Of a stretch of 64,000 nt of DNA, positions 47,511 through 56,663 are shown one piece after another. The translations under genes were made by a program, and so were the position numbers. The notes under the pieces are model-generated. The model saw only the letters and a program-made list of their open reading frames with translations. It had not been told where the DNA came from and made no database searches. This DNA is from an uncultured Rhodobacteraceae bacterium (GTDB taxonomy: Bacteria; Pseudomonadota; Alphaproteobacteria; Rhodobacterales; Rhodobacteraceae): positions 1,218 to 65,217 of the forward strand of contig CALJZN010000031.1 of NCBI GenBank assembly GCA_937983405.1, given 5' to 3'. Position 1 is the stretch's first letter; every line of letters begins with the position of its first letter.

Positions 47511-48449
47511 GTGAGCGTTGCGTTCGTGTTTCCGGGGCAGGGCGCGCAGACGGTGGGGATGGGGCGCGATCTGGCGGACGCCTATCCGGCGGCGCGGGCG
47601 GTGTTCGAGGCGGTGGACGAGGCGCTGGGCGAGAAGCTCTCGGCGCTGATCTGGGAGGGCGATGCCGAGGCGCTGACCCTGACCGCGAACGCCCAGCCCG
47701 CGCTGATGGCGACCTCGATGGCCGCGATGGCGGCGCTCGGGGCCGAGGGCGTGGGGGTCGAGGCGGCGGCCTTCGTGGCCGGGCATTCGCTGGGCGAGTA
47801 TTCGGCGCTGTGCGCGGCCGGGGCGCTGAGCCTGGCCGATACCGCGCGGCTTTTGCGGCTGCGGGGGCGGGCGATGCAGGCGGCGGTGCCGGTGGGTGCG
47901 GGCGCGATGGCGGCACTGCTGGGGCTGGACTTTGCCGCGGCCGCCGAGGTGGCGGCCGAGGCGGCCCGGGGCGAGCTGTGCGCGGCCGCCAACGACAACG
48001 ACCCGGCGCAGGTGGTGGTCTCCGGGCACCGGGCGGCGGTGGAGCGGGCGGTGGAGATCGCCCGGGCGCGGGGCGCGAAGCGGGCGATCCTGCTGCCGGT
48101 CTCGGCCCCCTTCCACTGCGCGCTGATGCAGCCGGCGGCCGAGGCGATGGCCGCGGCGCTGGCCGGGGTCGAGGTTCGTGCGCCCCGCGTGCCGCTGGTC
48201 GCGAACGTGCGGGCAGCGGCGGTGACGGAGCCGGCCGAGATCCGCGCGCTGCTGGTGGCACAGGTGACCGGCCCGGTGCGCTGGCGCGAGTCGGTCCTCT
48301 GGATGGCCGGACAGGGGGTGAACGAGTTCTGGGAGATCGGAGCGGGCAAGGCGCTGTCGGGGATGATCCGGCGGATTGCCAGGGAGGCCGCCTGCCGCAC
48401 GGTCGGCACGGCCGAGGAGGTGCGCGCGGCGGCGGCGGCCCTGGCCTAG
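47511..48449 (+). CDS. fabD: Malonyl-CoA:ACP transacylase
   Basis: GTG 47511 after [25 protein letters not shown], the active site [25 protein letters not shown]. Confidence 0.93.
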   Translation: MSVAFVFPGQGAQTVGMGRDLADAYPAARAVFEAVDEALGEKLSALIWEGDAEALTLTANAQPALMATSMAAMAALGAEGVGVEAAAFVAGHSLGEYSALCAAGALSLADTARLLRLRGRAMQAAVPVGAGAMAALLGLDFAAAAEVAAEAARGELCAAANDNDPAQVVVSGHRAAVERAVEIARARGAKRAILLPVSAPFHCALMQPAAEAMAAALAGVEVRAPRVPLVANVRAAAVTEPAEIRALLVAQVTGPVRWRESVLWMAGQGVNEFWEIGAGKALSGMIRRIAREAACRTVGTAEEVRAAAAALA

Positions 48450-49159
48450 GAGGCCGCGGAAGCCGCCGGGCGGAGCAGCGGGGCAAGGACGCGCCGGAGC
48501 GTTTCGGCGGTGTCGTGGGGCGTGAGCTCGATCATCGGAACGCCGGCCTTGCGCAGGGCCTCGCGCTTGACCGCGTCGGACATGAAGGCCCGCTCGGCAT
48601 AATGGCCGCTGCCCTGATACTCGATCGCGACGACCAGGAAGCCCCCGCGGTCGACGATGCAGAAGTCGAGCCGCTTGGCGTTGATGGCGCGGAAGGCGCG
48701 GTCGAGCGCCTCGGGGCTGGCCGAGCCGGGGTCGGTTGCCAGCACCTCGCCGAGGCTGGTCTGGCACATCAGCCGGTGGCCCCGGCCGTGGTCGCGCAGA
48801 ATCTCCTCGAGCAGGTAGAGCATCCGGCTCTCCTCCTTGTTGAGCAGGCGGCGCTTGCGGAAGCCCGCGGCGGCCACGGCGTCGAGCTGCGCGGCGGCGG
48901 GGGAGACCGCGGGGGGCAACGGCGCCCGGCCGCCGTCGAGGGCCACCACGCGGGCGTCGGGGGCCGCGCCGCCGCCCGCCCGGCAGCGGGAAGCGCTGTG
49001 CCAGCCAGTGCGCGCCGGCCGGCGCCGGGCGATGATGGCGAGCAGGCCCAGGGCGAGGACCAGAAGGACGACGAGGATCGCAGGGTTACCCGCAAAATCG
49101 GCGGCCGAGGGAAGGAGCGCGAGGACCGGATCCGAGGGCGCGGGGGTGATGCTCTTCAT
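48446..49159 (-). CDS. Membrane-anchored DUF2726 (restriction-endonuclease-like fold) protein
   Basis: 237 aa. [21 protein letters not shown], then [19 protein letters not shown]...CQTSLGEVL...[30 protein letters not shown]...[18 protein letters not shown] (DUF2726/Vsr-like pattern). Its stop shares the palindrome CTAG with the fabD stop. Confidence 0.65.
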   Translation of the reverse strand: MKSITPAPSDPVLALLPSAADFAGNPAILVVLLVLALGLLAIIARRRPARTGWHSASRCRAGGGAAPDARVVALDGGRAPLPPAVSPAAAQLDAVAAAGFRKRRLLNKEESRMLYLLEEILRDHGRGHRLMCQTSLGEVLATDPGSASPEALDRAFRAINAKRLDFCIVDRGGFLVVAIEYQGSGHYAERAFMSDAVKREALRKAGVPMIELTPHDTAETLRRVLAPLLRPAASAAS

Positions 49160-49310
49160 CGTCCGAACCTGCCTGGCTTCGCCTGAGAGCGCTGCGAGTC
49201 TGCGGGGCGAATTCGGCGGAAAGACGGCAGGATCGGGGTGCGGGGCGGCCCAGCCGGTTTTCAGCCGCGTGCAAGCCTGCTATCGCGCGGACCGGAACGG
49301 AGCGGAGGGC

Positions 49311-50051
49311 ATGATGTTCGACCTGACGGGCAAGGCGGCGTTGGTCACGGGGGCGTCGGGTGGAATCGGCGCGGCGGTGGCGCGGGCGCTGCACGGGGCG
49401 GGCGCACGGGTGGGCCTGTCGGGCACACGGGTTGCCCCCCTTGAGGCGCTGGCGGCCGAACTGGGCGACCGGGCGGCGGTGCTGGCCTGCGATCTGTCGG
49501 ATGCGGCGGCCGTGGAGGCCCTGCCGAAGCGGGCGGCCGAGGCGCTGGGGACGGTGGACATCCTGGTGAACAACGCCGGGATCACCCGCGACGCCCTGAT
49601 GCTGCGGATGTCGGATGCCGACTGGCAGGCGGTGCTGGACGTGAACCTGACGGCGAGCTTCCGGCTGTGCCGCGGCGTGCTTCGGGGCATGATGAAGGCG
49701 CGCTGGGGGCGGATCGTGACCGTCACCTCGGTGGTGGGGGCCACGGGCAACCCGGGCCAGGCCAACTATGCCGCCGCCAAGGCGGGCCTTGTGGCGATGT
49801 CCAAGAGCCTTGCGGCCGAGGTGGCGAGCCGGGGAGTCACGGTCAACTGCGTCGCCCCGGGGTTCATCACCACCGCGATGACCGACCGGCTGAGCGACGA
49901 GCAGAAGGCGCGCATCCTGGCGCAAGTGCCGGCCGGGCGGATGGGCGAGGCGGCCGAGATCGCGGCCGCCGTCCTGTTCCTGGCCAGCGCGGAGGCGGGC
50001 TATGTGACGGGTGCGACGCTGCATGTGAACGGCGGGATGGCCATGGTCTAG
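49311..50051 (+). CDS. fabG: 3-oxoacyl-ACP reductase
   Basis: LVTGASGGIGAAVA, ILVNNAGITRD, the catalytic YAAAKAG, NCVAPGFITTAMT, VTGATLHVNGGMAM. Confidence 0.95.
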   Translation: MMFDLTGKAALVTGASGGIGAAVARALHGAGARVGLSGTRVAPLEALAAELGDRAAVLACDLSDAAAVEALPKRAAEALGTVDILVNNAGITRDALMLRMSDADWQAVLDVNLTASFRLCRGVLRGMMKARWGRIVTVTSVVGATGNPGQANYAAAKAGLVAMSKSLAAEVASRGVTVNCVAPGFITTAMTDRLSDEQKARILAQVPAGRMGEAAEIAAAVLFLASAEAGYVTGATLHVNGGMAMV

Positions 50052-50239
50052 CCGCTTCGGCGCCCGCCGGTGAAAGCGTTTGCCACTGCCGAAGAACGTG
50101 CTATAGGCGGCCCTGATCGGTCCGTTGGAACGGGCAAAGACCCGCAGTGTGCCGCCTTGCGCAAGGGTGGGCGCGCCGCACGGACCAGAAACGGGACAGG
50201 AACCACCCGGACCTCCGGGAACCGAACGAGGACAGGAAC

Positions 50240-50473
50240 ATGAGCGATATCGCGGATCGCGTGCGGAAGATCGTGGTCGAGCATCTTGGCGTCGAGGAAG
50301 ACAAGGTGACCGAGAATGCGTCGTTCATCGACGATCTGGGCGCCGACAGCCTCGATACGGTCGAGCTCGTGATGGCCTTCGAGGAGGAGTTCGGGATCGA
50401 GATTCCGGATGACGCGGCCGAGACGATCCAGACCTTCGGCGACGCGGTGAAGTTCATCACCGAAGCCTCGTAA
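50240..50473 (+). CDS. acpP: Acyl carrier protein
   Basis: 77 aa. [29 protein letters not shown] (phosphopantetheine Ser). Confidence 0.97.
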   Translation: MSDIADRVRKIVVEHLGVEEDKVTENASFIDDLGADSLDTVELVMAFEEEFGIEIPDDAAETIQTFGDAVKFITEAS

Positions 50474-50501
50474 CGCAGGGCTGGCCTTCGAGCCCGCAGT
50501 C

Positions 50502-50531
50502 GGCGCCCGATCGCGGGCGCCGTTTTGCTTT
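50502..50531 (+). terminator. Rho-independent terminator after acpP
   Basis: GGCGCCCG (50502-50509), loop ATCG, CGGGCGCC (50514-50521), then GTTTTGCTTTG. Confidence 0.75.
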
Positions 50532-50893
50532 GTGCTCGGTCTCGGCGCGCACGGCCCGGGGTGGCCGGGGGCCTGGTGCAGCGGCCTGCGGCGTCTGCGC
50601 CGGCGGCGGTCGCGTCCGCGGGCGCGTGCGACGATTCGCGGCAAAGCGCCGTATCGGCGGGCCGAACGCGGGCGTCGGCCCGCGTTGCCGGTCGCGCCGG
50701 CCTGGGCGCAGGCGTTCGGGCCGCCGCCGCGACGGGGCGCCGGCCCGGGCGGCGCTGCCGCCTTTGCCGGCCGAGGGCGAGCGTGCACGGGGCGCGCGGG
50801 TGGCCGGCGGCGGGCGTCCCGGGGTGGCCGGGCTTTTCCTGCACCCCGAAGGCGTGTATCCGGTCCGCTGCGTAGCGACAGGCGGAGGGCGGC

Positions 50894-52156
50894 ATGCGGC
50901 GGGTTGTGGTCACGGGGCTCGGGATGGTCACGCCGCTCGGCTGCGGGGTGGAGGTGACCTGGCAGCGCCTGCTGGCCGGCCAATCCGGCGCCGGGACGAT
51001 CCGCGGTTTCGACGCGAGCCATCTGGCCACGACCTATGCCTGCGAGGTCCCGCGCGGCGACGGCAGCGCGGGCACGTTCAACCCCGACGACTGGATGGAG
51101 CCGAAGGACGCCCGCAAGGTGGACGACTTCATTCTCTACGCCATGGCGGCCGCCGTGCAGGCGGTGCGCGATGCGGGCTGGATGCCCGAGGACGAGGCGA
51201 GCCGGCTGCGGACCGGGGTGATGATCGGCTCGGGCATCGGCGGGCTGAAGTCGATCGCCGAGACGGCGGTGCTGCTGAAGGAGCGCGGGCCGCGGCGGGT
51301 CTCGCCGTTCTTCATTCCGGGGGCGCTCATCAACCTCGCCTCGGGGCAGGTCTCGATCCGCTTCGGCTTCAAGGGACCGAACCATGCGGTGGTGACCGCC
51401 TGCTCGACCGGGGCCCATGCGATCGGGGATGCGGCGCGGCTGATCCAGTGGGGGGATGCCGATGTGATGGTCGCCGGCGGGGCGGAAAGCCCGATCTGCG
51501 AGATCGGGATCGCCGGCTTCAACGCCTGCAAGGCGCTTTCGACCAAGCGCGCCGACGATCCGGCGCGGGCGAGCCGGCCGTATGATGCGGACCGCGACGG
51601 CTTCGTGATGGGCGAGGGCGCGGGCGTCGTGGTTCTGGAGGAGCTTGAGCACGCGCAGGCGCGCGGGGCGCACATCTATGCCGAGGTGCTGGGCTACGGG
51701 CTTTCGGGCGACGCCTATCACATCACCGCGCCGAGCGAGGACGGCGACGGCGGCTTCCGCTCGATGGCGGCGGCGCTGAAGCGTGCGGGGCTGGAGCCGG
51801 GAGCGGTGGACTACATCAACGCGCACGGCACCTCTACGATGGCCGACACGATCGAGCTGGCGGCGGTCGAGCGGCTTATGGGCAATGCCGCGGGGCGGGT
51901 CACGATGTCGTCCACCAAGTCCTCGATCGGCCATCTGCTGGGCGCGGCCGGGGCGGTGGAGGCGATCTTCTCGATCCTCGCCATCCGCGACCAGGTGGCG
52001 CCGCCGACGATCAACCTTGACGCGCCCGCGGTTGCGACCCCGGTCGATCTGGCCCCGCACAGGCCGGTGCGGCGCGAGATCAACGTCGCACTTTCGAACA
52101 GCTTCGGCTTTGGCGGCACCAACGCCTCGCTGGTGCTGGGCCGGGGGCCGGGCTGA
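50894..52156 (+). CDS. fabF: Beta-ketoacyl-ACP synthase II
   Basis: 420 aa. RRVVVTGLGMVTPLG, the active-site VTACSTGAHAIGDA, NAHGTSTMAD, KSSIGHLLGAAG, NSFGFGGTNASLV. Confidence 0.96.
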   Translation: MRRVVVTGLGMVTPLGCGVEVTWQRLLAGQSGAGTIRGFDASHLATTYACEVPRGDGSAGTFNPDDWMEPKDARKVDDFILYAMAAAVQAVRDAGWMPEDEASRLRTGVMIGSGIGGLKSIAETAVLLKERGPRRVSPFFIPGALINLASGQVSIRFGFKGPNHAVVTACSTGAHAIGDAARLIQWGDADVMVAGGAESPICEIGIAGFNACKALSTKRADDPARASRPYDADRDGFVMGEGAGVVVLEELEHAQARGAHIYAEVLGYGLSGDAYHITAPSEDGDGGFRSMAAALKRAGLEPGAVDYINAHGTSTMADTIELAAVERLMGNAAGRVTMSSTKSSIGHLLGAAGAVEAIFSILAIRDQVAPPTINLDAPAVATPVDLAPHRPVRREINVALSNSFGFGGTNASLVLGRGPG

Positions 52157-53310
52157 TGTGGCGCAACCTGGCCTCGAACGCGCTGACGCTCGGCATCGTG
52201 GCGCTGCTCGTGCTGGGCGGGGTGATCGCCCGAGGCCAGCAGATGTATGCCGCCGCGGGCCCGCACGAGCAGGCGATCTGCCTGCGGGTGGAGCGCAACG
52301 CCACGATGATGGCGGTGTCGCGCCAGCTTGAGGCGCAGGGGGCGGTGCGCGATGCGCGCATCTTCCGGATCGGCGCGCAATATTCGGGCAAGGCGGATGC
52401 CTTGAAGTTCGGCAGCTATCTGATCCCGCCGCGCGCCTCGATGGCCGAGATCGTCGAGATCGTCACGCGCGGCGGGCAGAGCACCTGCGGCACCGAGATC
52501 AACTTTCGCATCGGGGTCGTCTCGACCGACGTGGTGGTGCGCGAGCTGGACCCGGCGACGAGCCGCTATGTCGAGATGGTCGCCTTCGATCCCGCTGCCG
52601 GCGCGCCGCCCGAGGTCTACGGCAAGGCGCTGGCCGAGGCGGATGTGCGGCTGCGGGTGACGGTGGCCGAGGGCGCGACGAGCTGGCAGGTGGTCGAGGC
52701 GCTGAAGGCCGCCGACTTCCTGACGGGCGAGGCGGGGCCGGTGCCGCCCGAGGGCAGCCTGGCGCCCGACAGCTATGAGGTGCGCCGTGGCACCGACCGG
52801 GCCGCCCTGCTGGCCGAGATGGCGGCGCGGCAGGCGCGCATCCTGGCCGATCTCTGGGCCGCGCGGGCGCCGGGCCTGCCGATCGCAACCCCGGAGGAGG
52901 CGCTGATCCTGGCCTCGATCGTCGAGAAGGAAACCGCCGTGCCGGAGGAGCGGGGGCGCGTGGCCTCGGTCTTTGTCAACCGGCTGCGGCAGGGCATGAA
53001 GCTGCAGACCGATCCGACGGTGATCTACGGCATCACCGGCGGGCGCGGAACCCTGGGGCGCGGCCTGCGGCAGAGCGAGCTTCGGGCGGCGACGCCCTAC
53101 AACACCTATGTCATCGACGGCCTGCCGCCGACGCCCATCGCCAACCCGGGGCGGGCGAGCATTGCGGCCGCGCTCAACCCCGACGACACGCGCTATCTGT
53201 TCTTCGTCGCGGACGGCACCGGCGGGCATGCCTTTGCCGAGACCCTGGCGGAGCACAACCGCAACGTCGCGCGGTGGCGGCAGATCGAGGCGCAGCGCGC
53301 GGGCCAGTGA
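52156..53310 (+). CDS. mltG: Endolytic peptidoglycan transglycosylase MltG (YceG-like)
   Basis: 384 aa. N-terminal TM, EGSLAPDSYEV, LILASIVEKETAVPEERGRVASVFVNRLRQGMKLQTDPTVIYG, YNTYVIDGLPPTPIANPG, LFFVADGTGGHAF. The ATG overlaps the fabF stop. Confidence 0.9.
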   Translation: MWRNLASNALTLGIVALLVLGGVIARGQQMYAAAGPHEQAICLRVERNATMMAVSRQLEAQGAVRDARIFRIGAQYSGKADALKFGSYLIPPRASMAEIVEIVTRGGQSTCGTEINFRIGVVSTDVVVRELDPATSRYVEMVAFDPAAGAPPEVYGKALAEADVRLRVTVAEGATSWQVVEALKAADFLTGEAGPVPPEGSLAPDSYEVRRGTDRAALLAEMAARQARILADLWAARAPGLPIATPEEALILASIVEKETAVPEERGRVASVFVNRLRQGMKLQTDPTVIYGITGGRGTLGRGLRQSELRAATPYNTYVIDGLPPTPIANPGRASIAAALNPDDTRYLFFVADGTGGHAFAETLAEHNRNVARWRQIEAQRAGQ

Positions 53311-53429
53311 GGCCCGCCAAGGGTTTACGAGGTATTGCTGCGGCGGTCGCCGGGCACAACCTGGGCGATAGTGCTTGACTCGGCGTTCGGCCTGATGTAA
53401 AGAAGGGGCATAGTGGACGAGGTGGGCAA

Positions 53430-53460
53430 GCGGCCCGGGGCAACCCGGCGCCGCTTTTTT
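53430..53460 (+). terminator. Intrinsic-terminator-like hairpin plus T6, immediately upstream of GTA g1
   Basis: GCGGCCCGGG (53430-53439), loop GCAA, CCCGG-c-GCCGC (53444-53454), then TTTTTT (53455-53460). It lies 120 nt after the mltG stop and 1 nt before the first possible g1 start. Confidence 0.7.
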
Positions 53461-53491
53461 CGTGTCGGGGCGAAGGGGCAGCGACGGCAGG

Positions 53492-53821
53492 ATGGACGAT
53501 GGGACCCCCGACGGGGGCGACGCAGGCATGCGTCAACTGATCGCCGAGGCGGACGCGCAGTTCCACCGGGCGATCAGGGAACTCAACGCGGCAATCGCGC
53601 GGCTGGAGCAGGGGGCAGAGCCCGGCCGCGACATCGTCGAGGCCGTGCGCGGCCTGGGCAAGGCGTTGACGGTGGCATTCGAGGAAAGGGCACGGGTTGA
53701 ACGGCTGCGCAGACAGGACGGCGGCGGCGGCGGAGACGCGGGGCCCGCCTTCGACTTCGATGCCGCACGCGACGAGATCGGGCGCCGCCTGGCTCGCCTG
53801 CGCGCCGCAGGAGACGGTTGA
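53492..53821 (+). CDS. GTA g1 (small-terminase-like protein)
   Basis: Small helical ORF directly ahead of and overlapping TerL. MRQLIAEADAQFHRAIRELNAAIARLEQ... The start is ambiguous (GTG 53462, ATG 53492, ATG 53528). Confidence 0.6.
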   Translation: MDDGTPDGGDAGMRQLIAEADAQFHRAIRELNAAIARLEQGAEPGRDIVEAVRGLGKALTVAFEERARVERLRRQDGGGGGDAGPAFDFDAARDEIGRRLARLRAAGDG

Positions 53822-55115
53822 GGCGTTCCTGTCGGGGCTGAGCGGCCGGGCGCTGGCGGCGCTGCCGTGGATGTTCGACTTCTGGGCGCTGCCGCATCAG
53901 CTGCCGCCGGCGGGCGACTGGCGGACCTGGCTGATCCTGGGCGGGCGCGGGGCGGGCAAGACGCGGGCGGGCGCGGAATGGGTGCGCGCCGAGGTCGAGG
54001 GGGCCCGGCCGGACGCCCCGGGGCGCGCGCGGCGGGTGGCGCTGGTGGGCGAAACGGCGGATCAGGCGCGCGAGGTGATGGTGTTCGGCGACAGCGGGAT
54101 CCTCGCCTGCTCGCCCCCCGACCGCCGGCCCGTATGGGAGGCCGTGCGGCGGCGGCTGGTGTGGCCGAACGGGGCGGTGGCGCAGCTGTTCTCGGCGCAC
54201 GAGCCCGAGAGCCTGCGGGGCCCGCAGTTCGATGCCGCCTGGGTGGACGAGCTGGCCAAATGGAAGAAGGGCGGCGACGCCTGGGACATGCTGCAGTTCG
54301 CGCTGCGGCTGGGCGAACGCCCGCGGCAGGTGGTCACGACCACGCCGCGCAACGTGGCGGTGCTGAAGGCGCTGATCGCCGCGCCCTCGACCGTGGTGAC
54401 CCGGGCGCCGACCGAAGCCAACCGGGCGCATCTGGCGGCCTCGTTCCTCGAGGAGGTGCGGGCGCGTTACGGCGGCACGCGGCTGGGCCGGCAGGAGCTG
54501 GAGGGGCTGCTGCTGGAGGAGGCCGAGGGTGCCCTTTGGACGGCGGCGCGGATCGAGGCCTGCCGGGTCGAGGCGGTGCCGCGGCTGAGCCGGGTGGTGG
54601 TGGCCGTCGATCCGCCGGTGAGCGGGCATGACGGTTCGGACGAGTGCGGCATCGTGGTCGCGGGCGTCCTGGCCGAGGGGCCGCCGCAGGCGTGGCGGGC
54701 CTATGTGCTTGAGGATGCCTCGGTCCGGGGCGCATCGCCTGCGGAATGGGCGCGGGCGGCGATCGCGGCCGCGGACCGTCACGGCGCCGAGCGACTGGTG
54801 GCCGAGGTCAACCAGGGCGGCGATCTGGTCGAAAGCGTGATCCGGCAGATGGACGCGCTGGTGCCGTTCCGCGCCGTGCGCGCGGCGCGCGGCAAGGCGG
54901 CCCGGGCCGAGCCGGTGGCGGCGCTGTACGAGCAGGGGCGGGTGGCGCATCTGCGCGGGCTGGGCCTGCTCGAGGACCAGATGTGCCGGATGACGCTGCG
55001 CGGCTACGAGGGGCGCGGCAGCCCCGACCGGCTGGACGCGCTGGTCTGGGCGCTGACGGAGCTGATGATCGGGCCCGCTCAGGCCTGGCGGCGGCCGCGG
55101 GTGCGGCCGCTCTGA
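53760..55115 (+). CDS. GTA g2, terminase large subunit
   Basis: FWALPHQLPPAGDWRTWLILGGRGAGKTRAGAEWV (Walker A), VALVGET, WVDELAKW, and a nuclease half with VAVDPPVS...ECGIVVAG...VAEVNQGGDLV. The start is uncertain (ATG 53760 or 53697). Confidence 0.88.
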   Translation: MPHATRSGAAWLACAPQETVEAFLSGLSGRALAALPWMFDFWALPHQLPPAGDWRTWLILGGRGAGKTRAGAEWVRAEVEGARPDAPGRARRVALVGETADQAREVMVFGDSGILACSPPDRRPVWEAVRRRLVWPNGAVAQLFSAHEPESLRGPQFDAAWVDELAKWKKGGDAWDMLQFALRLGERPRQVVTTTPRNVAVLKALIAAPSTVVTRAPTEANRAHLAASFLEEVRARYGGTRLGRQELEGLLLEEAEGALWTAARIEACRVEAVPRLSRVVVAVDPPVSGHDGSDECGIVVAGVLAEGPPQAWRAYVLEDASVRGASPAEWARAAIAAADRHGAERLVAEVNQGGDLVESVIRQMDALVPFRAVRAARGKAARAEPVAALYEQGRVAHLRGLGLLEDQMCRMTLRGYEGRGSPDRLDALVWALTELMIGPAQAWRRPRVRPL

Positions 55116-55240
55116 GGGCGCGGGCGGTCACGGTCTTTCACGGGCCGGGCGGGAAGCGGCCCGCCGCAGCGCGCCGCGAGGCGCGGCTGCGCCAGCGGGC
55201 GTGACCGGCGCGGACCGGTTCAGGACAGGAGCAGGCGGAT

Positions 55241-56416
55241 ATGGTGCTGGGATTTCTGCGGCGCGCGGCCGAGGCTGCGCCCGAACGGAAGGCTTCGGCC
55301 ACGGGGGCGGTGATCGCCTGGTCGGGCGGCGGGCGGGCGCAGTGGAGCCCGCGCGATACGGTTTCGCTGACGCGGAACGGGTTTCTGGCCAATCCGGTGG
55401 CCTACCGGGCGGTGCGGATGATCGCCGAGGCCGCGGCGGCGCTGCCGCTGGTGCTGCAGGATGCCGAGCGGCGCTATGACGCGCATCCGCTGCTGGCGCT
55501 GATCCGCCGGCCCAATCCGGCGCAGGGCAAGGCGGAGCTGTTCGAGGCGATCTATGGCCAGCTGCTGCTGTCGGGCAACGCCTACATCGAGGCCGTGGCC
55601 GGCGGCGGGCGGCTGCCCGGCGAGCTGCACGTGCTGCGCTCGGACCGCATGAGCCTGGTGCCGGGGTCCGACGGCTGGCCGGTGGCCTACGACTACACGG
55701 TGGGCAACCGGAAGCACCGCTTCGACATGACCGGCGCCGCGCCGCCGATCTGCCATATCCGCAGCTTCCATCCGCAGGACGACCACTACGGGTTGTCGCC
55801 CCTGCAGGCGGCGGCGACGGCGGTGGATGTGCACAACGCGGCCTCGCGCTGGTCGAAGGCGCTGCTCGACAACGCGGCGCGGCCGTCGGGCGCCATCGTC
55901 TACCGCGGCGCGGACGGCAACGGCGGGCTGACGGCCGAGCAGTACGACCGGCTGGTGAGCGAGATGGAGGCACACCATCAGGGCGCACGCAACGCCGGGC
56001 GGCCGATGCTGCTGGAGGGGGGGCTCGACTGGAAGCCGATGGGCTTCTCGCCCTCGGACATGGAGTTCCAGAAGACCAAGGAGGCCGCGGCGCGCGAGAT
56101 CGCCATCGCCTTCGGCGTGCCGCCGATGCTGATCGGGATCCCGGGGGATGCCACCTATGCCAACTATCAGGAGGCCAACCGCGCCTTCTATCGCCTGACG
56201 GTGCTGCCCCTGGCCGCCCGGGTGACGGCGGCGGTCGCGCACTGGCTGTCGGGCTTCGGCGGCCCGGCGGTGGAGCTGCGCCCCGACCTTGACCAGGTGC
56301 CGGCGCTGGCGGCCGAGCGCGACCAGCATTGGGCGCGGGTGGGCGCGGCCAGCTTCCTGACCGAGGCCGAGAAGCGCGCACTGCTGGGCCTGCCGCGGCT
56401 GGCGGAGCGGGAATGA
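55241..56416 (+). CDS. GTA g3, portal protein (HK97 family)
   Basis: 391 aa. NPVAYRAVRMIAEAAAALPLVL, LLLSGNAYIE, HPQDDHYGLSPLQAA, PSDMEFQKTKEAAAREIAIAFGVPPMLIG. Confidence 0.92.
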   Translation: MVLGFLRRAAEAAPERKASATGAVIAWSGGGRAQWSPRDTVSLTRNGFLANPVAYRAVRMIAEAAAALPLVLQDAERRYDAHPLLALIRRPNPAQGKAELFEAIYGQLLLSGNAYIEAVAGGGRLPGELHVLRSDRMSLVPGSDGWPVAYDYTVGNRKHRFDMTGAAPPICHIRSFHPQDDHYGLSPLQAAATAVDVHNAASRWSKALLDNAARPSGAIVYRGADGNGGLTAEQYDRLVSEMEAHHQGARNAGRPMLLEGGLDWKPMGFSPSDMEFQKTKEAAAREIAIAFGVPPMLIGIPGDATYANYQEANRAFYRLTVLPLAARVTAAVAHWLSGFGGPAVELRPDLDQVPALAAERDQHWARVGAASFLTEAEKRALLGLPRLAERE

Positions 56417-56655
56417 GCAGGCGCCCGGCCGGTGGATCGCGGTTTCTCTACGACTCCTTCGACGCGGCCGCCGCCCGCATCGAGGCCAACGAGCGGGTGG
56501 CCGAGGAGCGCTGGGCCGCGCTGGAATACCGCCTGGGGCAGATCGAAGCCGCGCTCGAGCGCTTCGAGAAGCGGCTGTGGCTGGGTGTCTGGGGGGTGGC
56601 GGCCTTCCTGTTGGCGAAGGGGGTCGAGACCGTGCTCGTCGCATTGGCGAAGTGA
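56413..56655 (+). CDS. GTA g3.5 (small protein with C-terminal TM helix)
   Basis: 80 aa. The ATG overlaps the portal stop (ATGA). Coiled segment, then LWLGVWGVAAFLLAKGVETVLVAL. The position matches RcGTA g3.5. Confidence 0.6.
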   Translation: MSRRPAGGSRFLYDSFDAAAARIEANERVAEERWAALEYRLGQIEAALERFEKRLWLGVWGVAAFLLAKGVETVLVALAK

Positions 56656-56663
56656 GGAAAGGC

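Noticed and set aside
50525-50875. 116-aa ORF filling the acpP-fabF spacer
   Set aside because: It has no coding periodicity, an Arg/Ala/Gly-rich product and no RBS. The minus-strand 309-aa ORF over the same region is equally unconvincing.
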